Assembly: GCF_000148385.1 (NCBI RefSeq)
Contig: NC_014537.1
Location: 1,710,001-1,742,000 of the forward strand
Length of the DNA: 32,000 bases
Source of the DNA: Vulcanisaeta distributa DSM 14429
Lineage (GTDB): Archaea > Thermoproteota > Thermoprotei > Thermoproteales > Thermocladiaceae
Reading direction: 5' to 3'
In this document: in pieces, positions 18,607-26,513 of the stretch
How positions within the stretch are numbered: position 1 is the stretch's first letter
Layout: each line of letters begins with the position of its first letter
Notes under the pieces: generated by a model
The model's database searches: none
Seen by the model: only the letters and a program-made list of their open reading frames with translations
Told to the model about the DNA's origin: nothing
Program-made: the position numbers and the translations under genes

Positions 18607-20016
18607 ATGAAAAGGATTGGCGTATTAAGTGTTAGGGGTGCGATGCCTTATTATGAGGAACTACCATTTAATATACGTATTAATGAACCAGGCATAATAA
18701 AGGACCTCGACCTATTAATACTACCTCCTGGAACCTTGGTGGAGTCTCAGGTACTACAACGTTATAGTTGGATTGAGAAGGAGATTTGGGAATACATTGA
18801 GAGAGGCGGTTTTACTGTAGGTGTTTGTTCAGGTACTCAATTACTGTCGAGAGCTGTTAACTTAAATGTTAAGGGGCTGCCTGGATATTCCAGGGGACTC
18901 GGCATTTTAGACATAGCCTTTGAACCATTGATTGTTACGGGGCCTGTGAGGGTTAAGATAATTGGCGAGAGTTGGGCGACCAGGAATCTCGTGGGTTTTG
19001 AGTTAATTGGTTGGCAGGCTCATACGTATGGTAGGATGAATATCTTATCAGATAATGTTCAGATTGTTGGGATGTCATATATATCTAGGCATAATTATAG
19101 GAATGAGAATATCAATGCACCCACACTTGTTGTGTCACGTAAATACAACGTGTTTGGAACAATGGTTCATGGAATACTTGGACACAAATCTCCAATAATG
19201 AGGAATATACTTCATGAGGTTGGGATTGTTAACGAAAATGAAATTGCAAGTTACTACAGAAGTTATCGTGAAAGTGATTGGGTAAGTAGAGGGGGTGGTA
19301 ATCCTGAGGTGAGTATGAGGGTCATTACCGTAACGTCTACCATGACTGGGGAGGGTAAGACGCTAATATCAAGTGCATTAGCCTACTGCCTTAGTAAGGC
19401 TGGTTATTACGTGGGTATTGCCAAACTGGCTGGCGACATTAGGGATTTACATCCAAGCCTTTACATACTCAATAGACCTCTTAAACCCTGGATGAGCATA
19501 AGGTTAAGATGGGGTAGTAAGTCACTTGGTTGGGTTAATTGGCAGGAGGCGTTAAATGCCGTTAAGGGCATTGGGTTAGACGTGCTCATCATTGAAGGTG
19601 TTATGGGGCTTTTAACAGGCTCGGCTAGGAGGTATAAGCGTGGATTCTCATCTACACTGGACTTCATAAGGCAGGTAAGCACCGACATGGTATTAATAGC
19701 CTCTGCAAATTTCGACGGAATCGAAGGCGCATTGCTTAGACTTAAGTCCCACATTGACTTACTCATTAAGTATGGTAGGAAGCCTATGCTCGTAATACTC
19801 AATAATGCTTATGGTGGAACACATGAAAATAAGATGCTCAGGAGTTTTGGAAGGAAAATCAGTAAGTTAGGTATACCATTCATAGTTATAAATTCATTAC
19901 CCATATCTTCAAAGCCTGAGGAGTTGATAGATCTTGAGGACTATAAGGAAGCTGCAATGAGAATCTCGAGCATAATGTGCGATATTATTACTAATGCATT
20001 AGGTAAATCACGGTGA
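18607..20016 (+). CDS. CobB/CobQ-like amidotransferase with inverted domain order (N-terminal GATase, C-terminal DTBS/CbiA-type P-loop ATPase)
   Basis: N-terminal half: DLLILPPG, GVCSGTQLL (nucleophile Cys) and FGTMVHGILGH. C-terminal half: VTSTMTGEGKT (P-loop), KLAGDIRD, IIEGVMGLLTGS and LVILNNAYGG. Confidence 0.6.
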   Translation: MKRIGVLSVRGAMPYYEELPFNIRINEPGIIKDLDLLILPPGTLVESQVLQRYSWIEKEIWEYIERGGFTVGVCSGTQLLSRAVNLNVKGLPGYSRGLGILDIAFEPLIVTGPVRVKIIGESWATRNLVGFELIGWQAHTYGRMNILSDNVQIVGMSYISRHNYRNENINAPTLVVSRKYNVFGTMVHGILGHKSPIMRNILHEVGIVNENEIASYYRSYRESDWVSRGGGNPEVSMRVITVTSTMTGEGKTLISSALAYCLSKAGYYVGIAKLAGDIRDLHPSLYILNRPLKPWMSIRLRWGSKSLGWVNWQEALNAVKGIGLDVLIIEGVMGLLTGSARRYKRGFSSTLDFIRQVSTDMVLIASANFDGIEGALLRLKSHIDLLIKYGRKPMLVILNNAYGGTHENKMLRSFGRKISKLGIPFIVINSLPISSKPEELIDLEDYKEAAMRISSIMCDIITNALGKSR

Positions 20017-20764
20017 TTATTGATAGGTAATCATTAATCCAGTGAATGATTATGTCAGGTATTACGTTCCTCGTTGATATGAATATAACGCCTGAAATTA
20101 TCCCATAAACGAATATGTAAGCAAGCGTATAGGTTAATGGGATTAAGTTATTTATGCCGTAAACTGCCAGGTAAACGGGCACGTGCGCCATGGTAAAGTA
20201 GATGGCATCTATAATTACTGCAGGCATTGCCGTGATGGCATTAATGGGGTTGTTCCTCGGTAATAACCTATTGAGCATGAAGCCTCTGAATACCATTTCC
20301 TCACTAATGGCTATTGGGTATAGCGTGTATATAAGGAGGAGTATGTTCGTTAGAGGTAATTGGGGTATAGGAATCATTAGGGGTATCAAGCCGCTAATTA
20401 AGAACCATATCAGCGCTGAGGCAATGATTATGGGTATTGATAACCTACCAAATAGTGGCTTCCAGGACAGGCCTAACTCATTATGTAATTCATGGATCTT
20501 TCGCCTATTGAGAATGAGTAAAGCTGCAATCACTACGTATAGGTATGGGGCGAGGTCTCCAAGGAGGTACGTTGACAATGCGTTAATTGGGTTTTTAACG
20601 GCATTACTCAGGGTTTGTGTTATTGATGATACAATATCATAATGAGTGTTTGTTAATATGTATGGTTCATAGGTTATGAATACAGGGATCACTATTGCTA
20701 TTAGGAGTATCGTGGGCCAAATAACATCGCCTAAATACCTACTCATTGCTCGATTAACTAACAC
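19991..20764 (-). CDS. CPBP-family intramembrane metalloprotease (CAAX protease/Abi family)
   Basis: Motifs ISEEMVFRGFMLNRL (EExxxR), FTMAHV (FxxxH) and HWINDY (HxxxN/D) sit in a polytopic membrane protein. The start is GTG 20764 or ATG 20746. The 3' end overlaps the convergent gene by 26 nt. Confidence 0.75.
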   Translation of the reverse strand: MLVNRAMSRYLGDVIWPTILLIAIVIPVFITYEPYILTNTHYDIVSSITQTLSNAVKNPINALSTYLLGDLAPYLYVVIAALLILNRRKIHELHNELGLSWKPLFGRLSIPIIIASALIWFLISGLIPLMIPIPQLPLTNILLLIYTLYPIAISEEMVFRGFMLNRLLPRNNPINAITAMPAVIIDAIYFTMAHVPVYLAVYGINNLIPLTYTLAYIFVYGIISGVIFISTRNVIPDIIIHWINDYLSIITVIYLMH

Positions 20765-20870
20765 ACTCTACTTAATAATTCTACTCACATGTGGATGCTA
20801 ATGCCGTAGTACCTTAAGGCAGGGAGGCGGCGACTTAATAAGTCAGTTATTATAGCTGTATTGCTGAGAA

Positions 20871-23498
20871 ATGAGAAGTAAAGAGTATAGGGAGGAGGAT
20901 GAGGAGGAGGAAGAGCTTGAAGAGGAGGAGTTTGAGGAGCGTGAGGAGGAGGAAGAGGAGGAAATAACAATAAAGGCTGAGACACCGCAGAATACACCAC
21001 CGTCAATAGTGCTTACCGTGACTTATGATGGAAAGGCTGGTAAAGCCCTCGTCAAGCTTTACGACCCAGTTAATGATAGGGTTTATTTTTGGTACGATAA
21101 CACTGGACATAAACCTTACCTATTAACCAATGTGAAGCCTGAGGAATTGATCACAAAGTTCACGAAGGTTATTCTACATCCGGGATTTAGCCACATAGAG
21201 ACTGTGGAGAAGTATGATCCGCTGAGTGATAATAAGATCGTACTTACAAAGATAAATGCTAAGGACCCATTGAGCATTGGAGGTAGGTCTGACTCAATAA
21301 GAGAGTTACTTCCAAAGACTTGGGAGTCTAGGATAAGGTACCACCTATGTTATATTTATGATAACGAAATCATACCTGGCATGTTTTATAGGGTCGAGGA
21401 TGGCAAATTGGTCCAGGTACCCATTGAGGTGCCCGCTGAGATTGAGGACTTCATAAATAAGTTATACGCCAATGATAAGGAATTCCTTGAGGAGGCGAGG
21501 AGGTGGATACCGCTGTTTCAAGCCCCTGTACCAAACATAAAGAGGCTGTCTCTCGATATTGAGGTATTCACTCCACAGGAGAATAGGGTGCCGAATCCTA
21601 AGGAGGCTAATTACGAGATCATATCGATAGGGCTTGCGGGTAGTGATGGTTTGAAGAAGGTATTGGTCCTCAGGAGACCTGATATGGAGTTAAGACCGGA
21701 GGACCTTGAGAATCTCATGTATGATGACGTTGAGGTGGAGTTTTTTGATAGTGAGTATGATATGCTGAAGGAGCTATTCTCGATAATCCTACAATACCCA
21801 ATACTAATTACGTTTAATGGCGATAACTTCGACCTACCCTACATCTACCACAGGGCTTTAAAGCTTGGTTTTAAGAAGGAGGAGATACCAATAGTCCTGA
21901 GGAGAAATGAAGCCTCCATAGCCCTTGGAATACACCTCGACCTTTACAAGTTCTTTAATATCAGGGCCATCGAGGTTTACGCCTTCAGCGGTAAGTACAG
22001 GGGTATGGATAGGACACTGGACACCATAGCCCACGCGATAATAGGCATGTCTAAGTTGAGCAGGGATAAGCCCGTATCCCAAATGAACTATGTCGAATTA
22101 ATTAATTATAACTTCAGGGATGCATTCCTAGGGCTTTACCTGACTACGTACGACAACAACCTGGTACTGAGACTGATAATATTAATGTCCAGAATATCCA
22201 AGACACCACCTGATGACCTGGTTAGAAGCCAAATATCTGCGTGGATTAGGAATATGCTGTATTACGAGCATAGGAGGAGAGGTTGGTTAATACCTGAGAA
22301 GGAGGATATTGTTAAGGCTAAGGGCGATGTAGCAACTAAGGCAATTATTAAGGGTAAGAAGTACGCAGGCGCCATAGTCCTCGAACCCATGCCTGGTATA
22401 TTCCCGAATGTCTACGTACTTGACTTCGCAAGTATGTACCCATCTGTGATAAAGCGTTGGAATATATCGTACGAAACCGTTAAATGCCCAAGCGAGAAGG
22501 AACAGAGCAATAAGCCAATACCGGAGCTACCTCACTGGGTGTGTAATGATAGGAGGGGACTGACTGCATTAATCGTAGGCCTGCTCAGGGACTTAAGGGC
22601 TTACGTATATAAGAAGTTAGCTAAGACCGCACCCAGTGAATTACTAAGGAGCTATTATAATGTTGTACAGAGCGCCCTCAAGGTATTCATTAACGCATCA
22701 TATGGTGTATTGGGAGCTGAGGTATTTCAGTTATATTGCCCACCTGCCGCTGAATTAACAACTGCCCTGGCCAGATATGTGTTATCTAGGACTGTGTTGA
22801 AGGCGCTTGAGCTTGGGTTGGTGCCTATCTATGGCGATACCGATAGCCTATTCATATGGAATCCTGATGAGAGTAAGCTCAAGGAATTGATTGAGTGGGT
22901 GGATAAGGAGTTTGGTATTGAGATTGAGCTTGACAAAGTCTATAAGCTGGTTGCCATGAGTGGTAGGAAGAAGAATTACGTCGGTATACTACAGAATGGT
23001 GAATTAGACATAAAGGGATTGGTCGGTAAGAAGAGGAACACGCCCGACTTTGCTAAGGAGGCCTTTAATGAGGTTGTGGGTCTGCTCTCCGATATCCGGG
23101 GGCTTGAGGATGTTGGTAAGGTTGTTGAGGAGGTTAGGGATAAGGTCAGGGATTACTATAGGAAGTTGCAGAGGAAGGAAATACCGCTCAATAAATTAGC
23201 AATAAGGACGGCGTTGACCAAGCCCCTTGAATCATACACGAAGAATACGCCACAGCATGTTAAGGCGGCACTGCAGTTAAAGAACCTTGGCTATAACGTG
23301 AGGCCCGGCGATATAATAATCTACGTGAAGACCACGGGTAAGGAGGGAGTTAGGCCGATACAATTGGCTAGGATTGACGAGATAGACCCCAATAAGTACA
23401 TTGAGTACCTAAGGACGTCATTGGAGCAGGTCCTTGATGCATTCGGGATTGAGTTTGAAAGCGTAATGGGCTCGTCAATAATAGATAACTACTCATGA
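20871..23498 (+). CDS. polB1: Family-B DNA polymerase PolB1 (Dpo1-type replicative polymerase) with polyacidic N-terminus
   Basis: Exo I LSLDIEVF, Exo II FNGDNFDLPYI, Pol A DFASMYPSVI, Pol B KVFINASYGVLG, Pol C YGDTDS. There is long-range similarity to Sulfolobus Dpo1 (VTYDGKAGKALVKLYD...YDNTGHKPY; TPQHVKAALQL). Confidence 0.95.
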   Translation: MRSKEYREEDEEEEELEEEEFEEREEEEEEEITIKAETPQNTPPSIVLTVTYDGKAGKALVKLYDPVNDRVYFWYDNTGHKPYLLTNVKPEELITKFTKVILHPGFSHIETVEKYDPLSDNKIVLTKINAKDPLSIGGRSDSIRELLPKTWESRIRYHLCYIYDNEIIPGMFYRVEDGKLVQVPIEVPAEIEDFINKLYANDKEFLEEARRWIPLFQAPVPNIKRLSLDIEVFTPQENRVPNPKEANYEIISIGLAGSDGLKKVLVLRRPDMELRPEDLENLMYDDVEVEFFDSEYDMLKELFSIILQYPILITFNGDNFDLPYIYHRALKLGFKKEEIPIVLRRNEASIALGIHLDLYKFFNIRAIEVYAFSGKYRGMDRTLDTIAHAIIGMSKLSRDKPVSQMNYVELINYNFRDAFLGLYLTTYDNNLVLRLIILMSRISKTPPDDLVRSQISAWIRNMLYYEHRRRGWLIPEKEDIVKAKGDVATKAIIKGKKYAGAIVLEPMPGIFPNVYVLDFASMYPSVIKRWNISYETVKCPSEKEQSNKPIPELPHWVCNDRRGLTALIVGLLRDLRAYVYKKLAKTAPSELLRSYYNVVQSALKVFINASYGVLGAEVFQLYCPPAAELTTALARYVLSRTVLKALELGLVPIYGDTDSLFIWNPDESKLKELIEWVDKEFGIEIELDKVYKLVAMSGRKKNYVGILQNGELDIKGLVGKKRNTPDFAKEAFNEVVGLLSDIRGLEDVGKVVEEVRDKVRDYYRKLQRKEIPLNKLAIRTALTKPLESYTKNTPQHVKAALQLKNLGYNVRPGDIIIYVKTTGKEGVRPIQLARIDEIDPNKYIEYLRTSLEQVLDAFGIEFESVMGSSIIDNYS

Positions 23499-23522
23499 TA
23501 ATAATTATGTAAGCGTGAAAAA

Positions 23523-23969
23523 TCACTCCTCAAGTAACTCCTCACCTTCTCCCTCGCTCTCCGGCGTTAATGATGATAATATGTTATTCACCACCTGGTT
23601 TATGACATTGTCATTTATGTAAGGCATTATTACGACAAATCTATCAGCCTCCATGTCCTCACCCATCCACCTATTACTATATATTATTTCATAAGTTGGT
23701 ATCTCAACCTCAGCCTTATTACCAACCCTCCTAACACCGTACTTCTCAACCTTTTTGTAAAGCTCCTTACTTAATGGTAAATCTAGGCTCACTGTCTGAG
23801 GTACCTTAAGGACTATGAAGTCTGACTCCTCCGGGTTCCACTTATCTAATAGCTTCTTCACGTAATTCTTCACAGTATCCGTGAGGCTTGACTTAACAAT
23901 TTCCTTATTAGCTATGTTCTCATTCTCTATGTAAACAACCACATTCTCACTCTCCTCAGGCATACCCAC
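23523..23969 (-). CDS. Hypothetical small protein with acidic C-terminal tail
   Basis: 148-aa ORF convergent with polB1, 24 nt between the stops. It ends ...LTPESEGEGEELLEE. I recognise no family. Confidence 0.5.
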   Translation of the reverse strand: MGMPEESENVVVYIENENIANKEIVKSSLTDTVKNYVKKLLDKWNPEESDFIVLKVPQTVSLDLPLSKELYKKVEKYGVRRVGNKAEVEIPTYEIIYSNRWMGEDMEADRFVVIMPYINDNVINQVVNNILSSLTPESEGEGEELLEE

Positions 23970-24037
23970 AATTACTATGTCTGAGGATTAATTAATAAAG
24001 CTTAACTTTACCCTACCACTAAAATTGCTGATTACAT

Positions 24038-24667
24038 TCAATTATTACGGGAACTCAAAGACCTAATAACAGTAATTATCCTCTCTATGGCAGTGATATT
24101 AGTTAATAATGCGAGAAGGACTAAACCATATAGGGCCACTGCGCCAATGCCCGTGATTATAAATATCAAGAGGATGAGAAGGATAAGAATGAGCCTCTCC
24201 TCCCTTTCAAGAAGCCCAACGCCGATCATTTTGATGCCGAGCGCCTCAGCCCTAGCCCTCGTGTAACTTGTCATTAATGAGCCTAATACTGCAAGTAATA
24301 ACGAGATTGTACTTAATAGGTTCATATCGCTGACTATCCAAAGGTCAATTAATGCTATGAAATCAACGTACCTATCCAACGTGGAGTCCAGGAAGGCGCC
24401 GAGCCTAGACGCCCTTCCCCAGTACCTGGCTATTAACCCATCAAGCATATCAAAGGCGCCCGCAATTATTAATAGCGTGAATGTCAGTATATAGGCCCAG
24501 TAATGATGTAACCACGTTAGGTAGGGTGTTGGTAATGTAATGATTAGTGATGACACAGTTAATGCATTAGGATCCCGAGGCAATACCTTAGCAAAGCCTC
24601 TCTCAAGAATCCTTCTACCGATTCTTTCAATCCTATCCTTAAGTTTTCCCAGGACCACAATCGACAC
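24038..24667 (-). CDS. CDP-alcohol phosphatidyltransferase (archaetidylinositol-phosphate/archaetidylserine synthase-like)
   Basis: Signature D-x2-D-G-x2-A-R-x8-G-x3-D-x3-D is seen as FDMLDGLIARYWGRASRLGAFLDSTLDRYVD. The protein is polytopic membrane. GTG start. Confidence 0.85.
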   Translation of the reverse strand: MSIVVLGKLKDRIERIGRRILERGFAKVLPRDPNALTVSSLIITLPTPYLTWLHHYWAYILTFTLLIIAGAFDMLDGLIARYWGRASRLGAFLDSTLDRYVDFIALIDLWIVSDMNLLSTISLLLAVLGSLMTSYTRARAEALGIKMIGVGLLEREERLILILLILLIFIITGIGAVALYGLVLLALLTNITAIERIITVIRSLSSRNN

Positions 24668-24980
24668 CGCAGTTAAAGACTTGCTTGAGGATTGAGGATA
24701 TGAAGTCCCTAGCCCTTAACCAAAGCTCTATGGTATCTGGCCTTAACCTATACATCTTAGAACCATTGCTAATAAAGGTCTCCAGTAATCCATCCCTCTC
24801 CATTTTATAAAGCACTACGTAAACCCCAACATTTGTTATATCGATGTTAAAGCGTTCCCTTATTTCCTTCGCTATTTCATAACCATACATAGGCCTCTCC
24901 ATTAATAACTTAACTATGTAAATCCATAGATTCTCCTTAGTTAACTTAATCATTAACCTATTAAGTGCCTTCTGGCTCAT
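24639..24980 (-). CDS. PadR-family winged-helix transcriptional regulator
   Basis: LWIYIVKLLMERPMYGYEIAKEIRERFNIDITNVGVYVVLYKMERDGLLE is the typical PadR wHTH. Its 3' end overlaps the downstream phosphatidyltransferase gene by 29 nt. Confidence 0.75.
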   Translation of the reverse strand: MSQKALNRLMIKLTKENLWIYIVKLLMERPMYGYEIAKEIRERFNIDITNVGVYVVLYKMERDGLLETFISNGSKMYRLRPDTIELWLRARDFISSILKQVFNCGVDCGPGKT

Positions 24981-25077
24981 TAGATTTCTTGATAATGGCG
25001 TTAATTAATAATTTTAAATGCTAACCTTTGACCTCAATACCTGTGGCGTATTCGTATTACATAAGCCAATAGAGAAA

Positions 25078-25087
25078 GATTTAATAA
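25078..25087 (+). promoter_or_regulatory. TATA-like box for gdhA
   Basis: GATTTAATAA is centred about 26 nt upstream of ATG 25109. Confidence 0.45.
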
Positions 25088-25108
25088 CCCATCACTTACA
25101 TAGTCTCG

Positions 25109-26374
25109 ATGTCACTAAGGGGAACTACATTCCTAGAAAGTGTGCTACAAACACTAAAGAGAGCTATAGAGTTAGGTGGATACCCGCAGGAGGTCTATGA
25201 AATCCTAAGTAGACCCCAAAGAATAATAACCGTTAACATACCCGTTAGGATGGATAACGGAAAAATACAGGTATTCACAGGCTATAGGGTACAGCACAAT
25301 AATGCCTTAGGACCCTACAAGGGTGGAATAAGGTTCCACCCTGAGGTGACGCTTGAGGAGGATATAGCATTAGCCACGGTAATGACGTTCAAGAATGCAT
25401 TAAATGGTTTACCATATGGTGGAGGTAAGGGTGCGGTTGCCGTTGATTATAAGAAGTTGAGTAAGAGGGAGCTCGAGGAGTTAAGTAGGGGTTATGCAAG
25501 GGCATTGGCACCCTTCATAGGTCCTGAGGTCGATATACCAGCACCTGACGTTGGCACTGACCCACAAATAATGGCTTGGATGGTTGATGAGTACAGCAAA
25601 ATCGCAGGTCGCAACGTGCCCGGCGTATTCACGGCTAAGCCAGTAATACTATGGGGTAACCCAGTTAGAGAGTACTCAACAGGCTTCGGTGTTGCTGTTT
25701 GGGCTAGGGAGGCTGCTAAGAAGCTGTGGGGTGGTATTGAGGGTAAGACCGTGGCTGTTCAGGGATTCGGCAATGTGGGTTACTGGGGAGCATACTGGCT
25801 AGAGAAGATGGGTGCTAAGGTCGTTGCAGTGACGGACAGTAAAGGCGGTGTTTATAACCCAAATGGACTTAAGCTGACGGATGTTAAGGCTGTTAAGGAT
25901 AAGACCGGCACTGTCATGAATTACGACTCACCAGGAACTAGAAAGATAACCAATGACGAAGTCCTGGAATTACCGGTTGATATATTGGTGCCCGCCGCGC
26001 TGGAGAACGTAATACACAGGGGCAATGCCAATAATATAAAGGCTAAGCTAATAGTTGAGGGTGCAAACGGACCGACAACCGCTGACGCAGAAAAGATACT
26101 CCACTCGAAGGGTGTCTGGATACTGCCTGACCTAGCGGCTAATGCTGGCGGTGTCGTGATGTCATACCTGGAGTGGGTTGAGAACCTGCAGTGGTATTTC
26201 TGGGATGAGGAGGAGACAAGGAATAAGCTGGAGAGGATATTACTCGATACATTCAATAGGGTAATGAATAGGTGGAATAAGCTGGGTACGAGCCAGGTAA
26301 CGATAAGGGAGGCTGCTTACGTAGAGGCTGTGGACAGGATATACAATGCAATGAAGGTTAGAGGCTGGATCTAA
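25109..26374 (+). CDS. gdhA: Glutamate dehydrogenase
   Basis: [39 protein letters not shown] (catalytic Lys region) and the Rossmann motif [10 protein letters not shown]. Length 421 aa. Confidence 0.95.
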   Translation: MSLRGTTFLESVLQTLKRAIELGGYPQEVYEILSRPQRIITVNIPVRMDNGKIQVFTGYRVQHNNALGPYKGGIRFHPEVTLEEDIALATVMTFKNALNGLPYGGGKGAVAVDYKKLSKRELEELSRGYARALAPFIGPEVDIPAPDVGTDPQIMAWMVDEYSKIAGRNVPGVFTAKPVILWGNPVREYSTGFGVAVWAREAAKKLWGGIEGKTVAVQGFGNVGYWGAYWLEKMGAKVVAVTDSKGGVYNPNGLKLTDVKAVKDKTGTVMNYDSPGTRKITNDEVLELPVDILVPAALENVIHRGNANNIKAKLIVEGANGPTTADAEKILHSKGVWILPDLAANAGGVVMSYLEWVENLQWYFWDEEETRNKLERILLDTFNRVMNRWNKLGTSQVTIREAAYVEAVDRIYNAMKVRGWI

Positions 26375-26469
26375 TGAATGAATCTGAATAAAAGTAAATA
26401 TAAAAATAGATTTTCCATATTTTAATATAATTCTAATCAATTAAAAATAAATAAATTATTTTAAATAAA

Positions 26470-26502
26470 CACATTATTCTTGACTTAAAATTCACATTAT
26501 TC
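26470..26502 (+). repeat. 10-bp direct repeat CACATTATTC x2 (23-nt periodicity) upstream of the pseudogene ATG
   Basis: The copies are at 26470-26479 and 26493-26502, read directly from the sequence. Confidence 0.7.
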
Positions 26503-26513
26503 CGAATATTGTA

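Noticed and set aside
20785-21006. 73-aa minus-strand ORF rich in Pro/Leu (PLLLFPPLPPPHAPQTPPLQALPPPHPPP)
   Set aside because: It is the antisense reading of the (GAG/GAA)n tract that encodes the PolB1 acidic N-terminus and the polB1 promoter. It is a low-complexity artefact.
25018-25200. 60-aa plus-strand ORF upstream of and overlapping gdhA
   Set aside because: It covers the gdhA promoter and the first 90 nt of gdhA in another frame. gdhA has its own well-placed TATA box.
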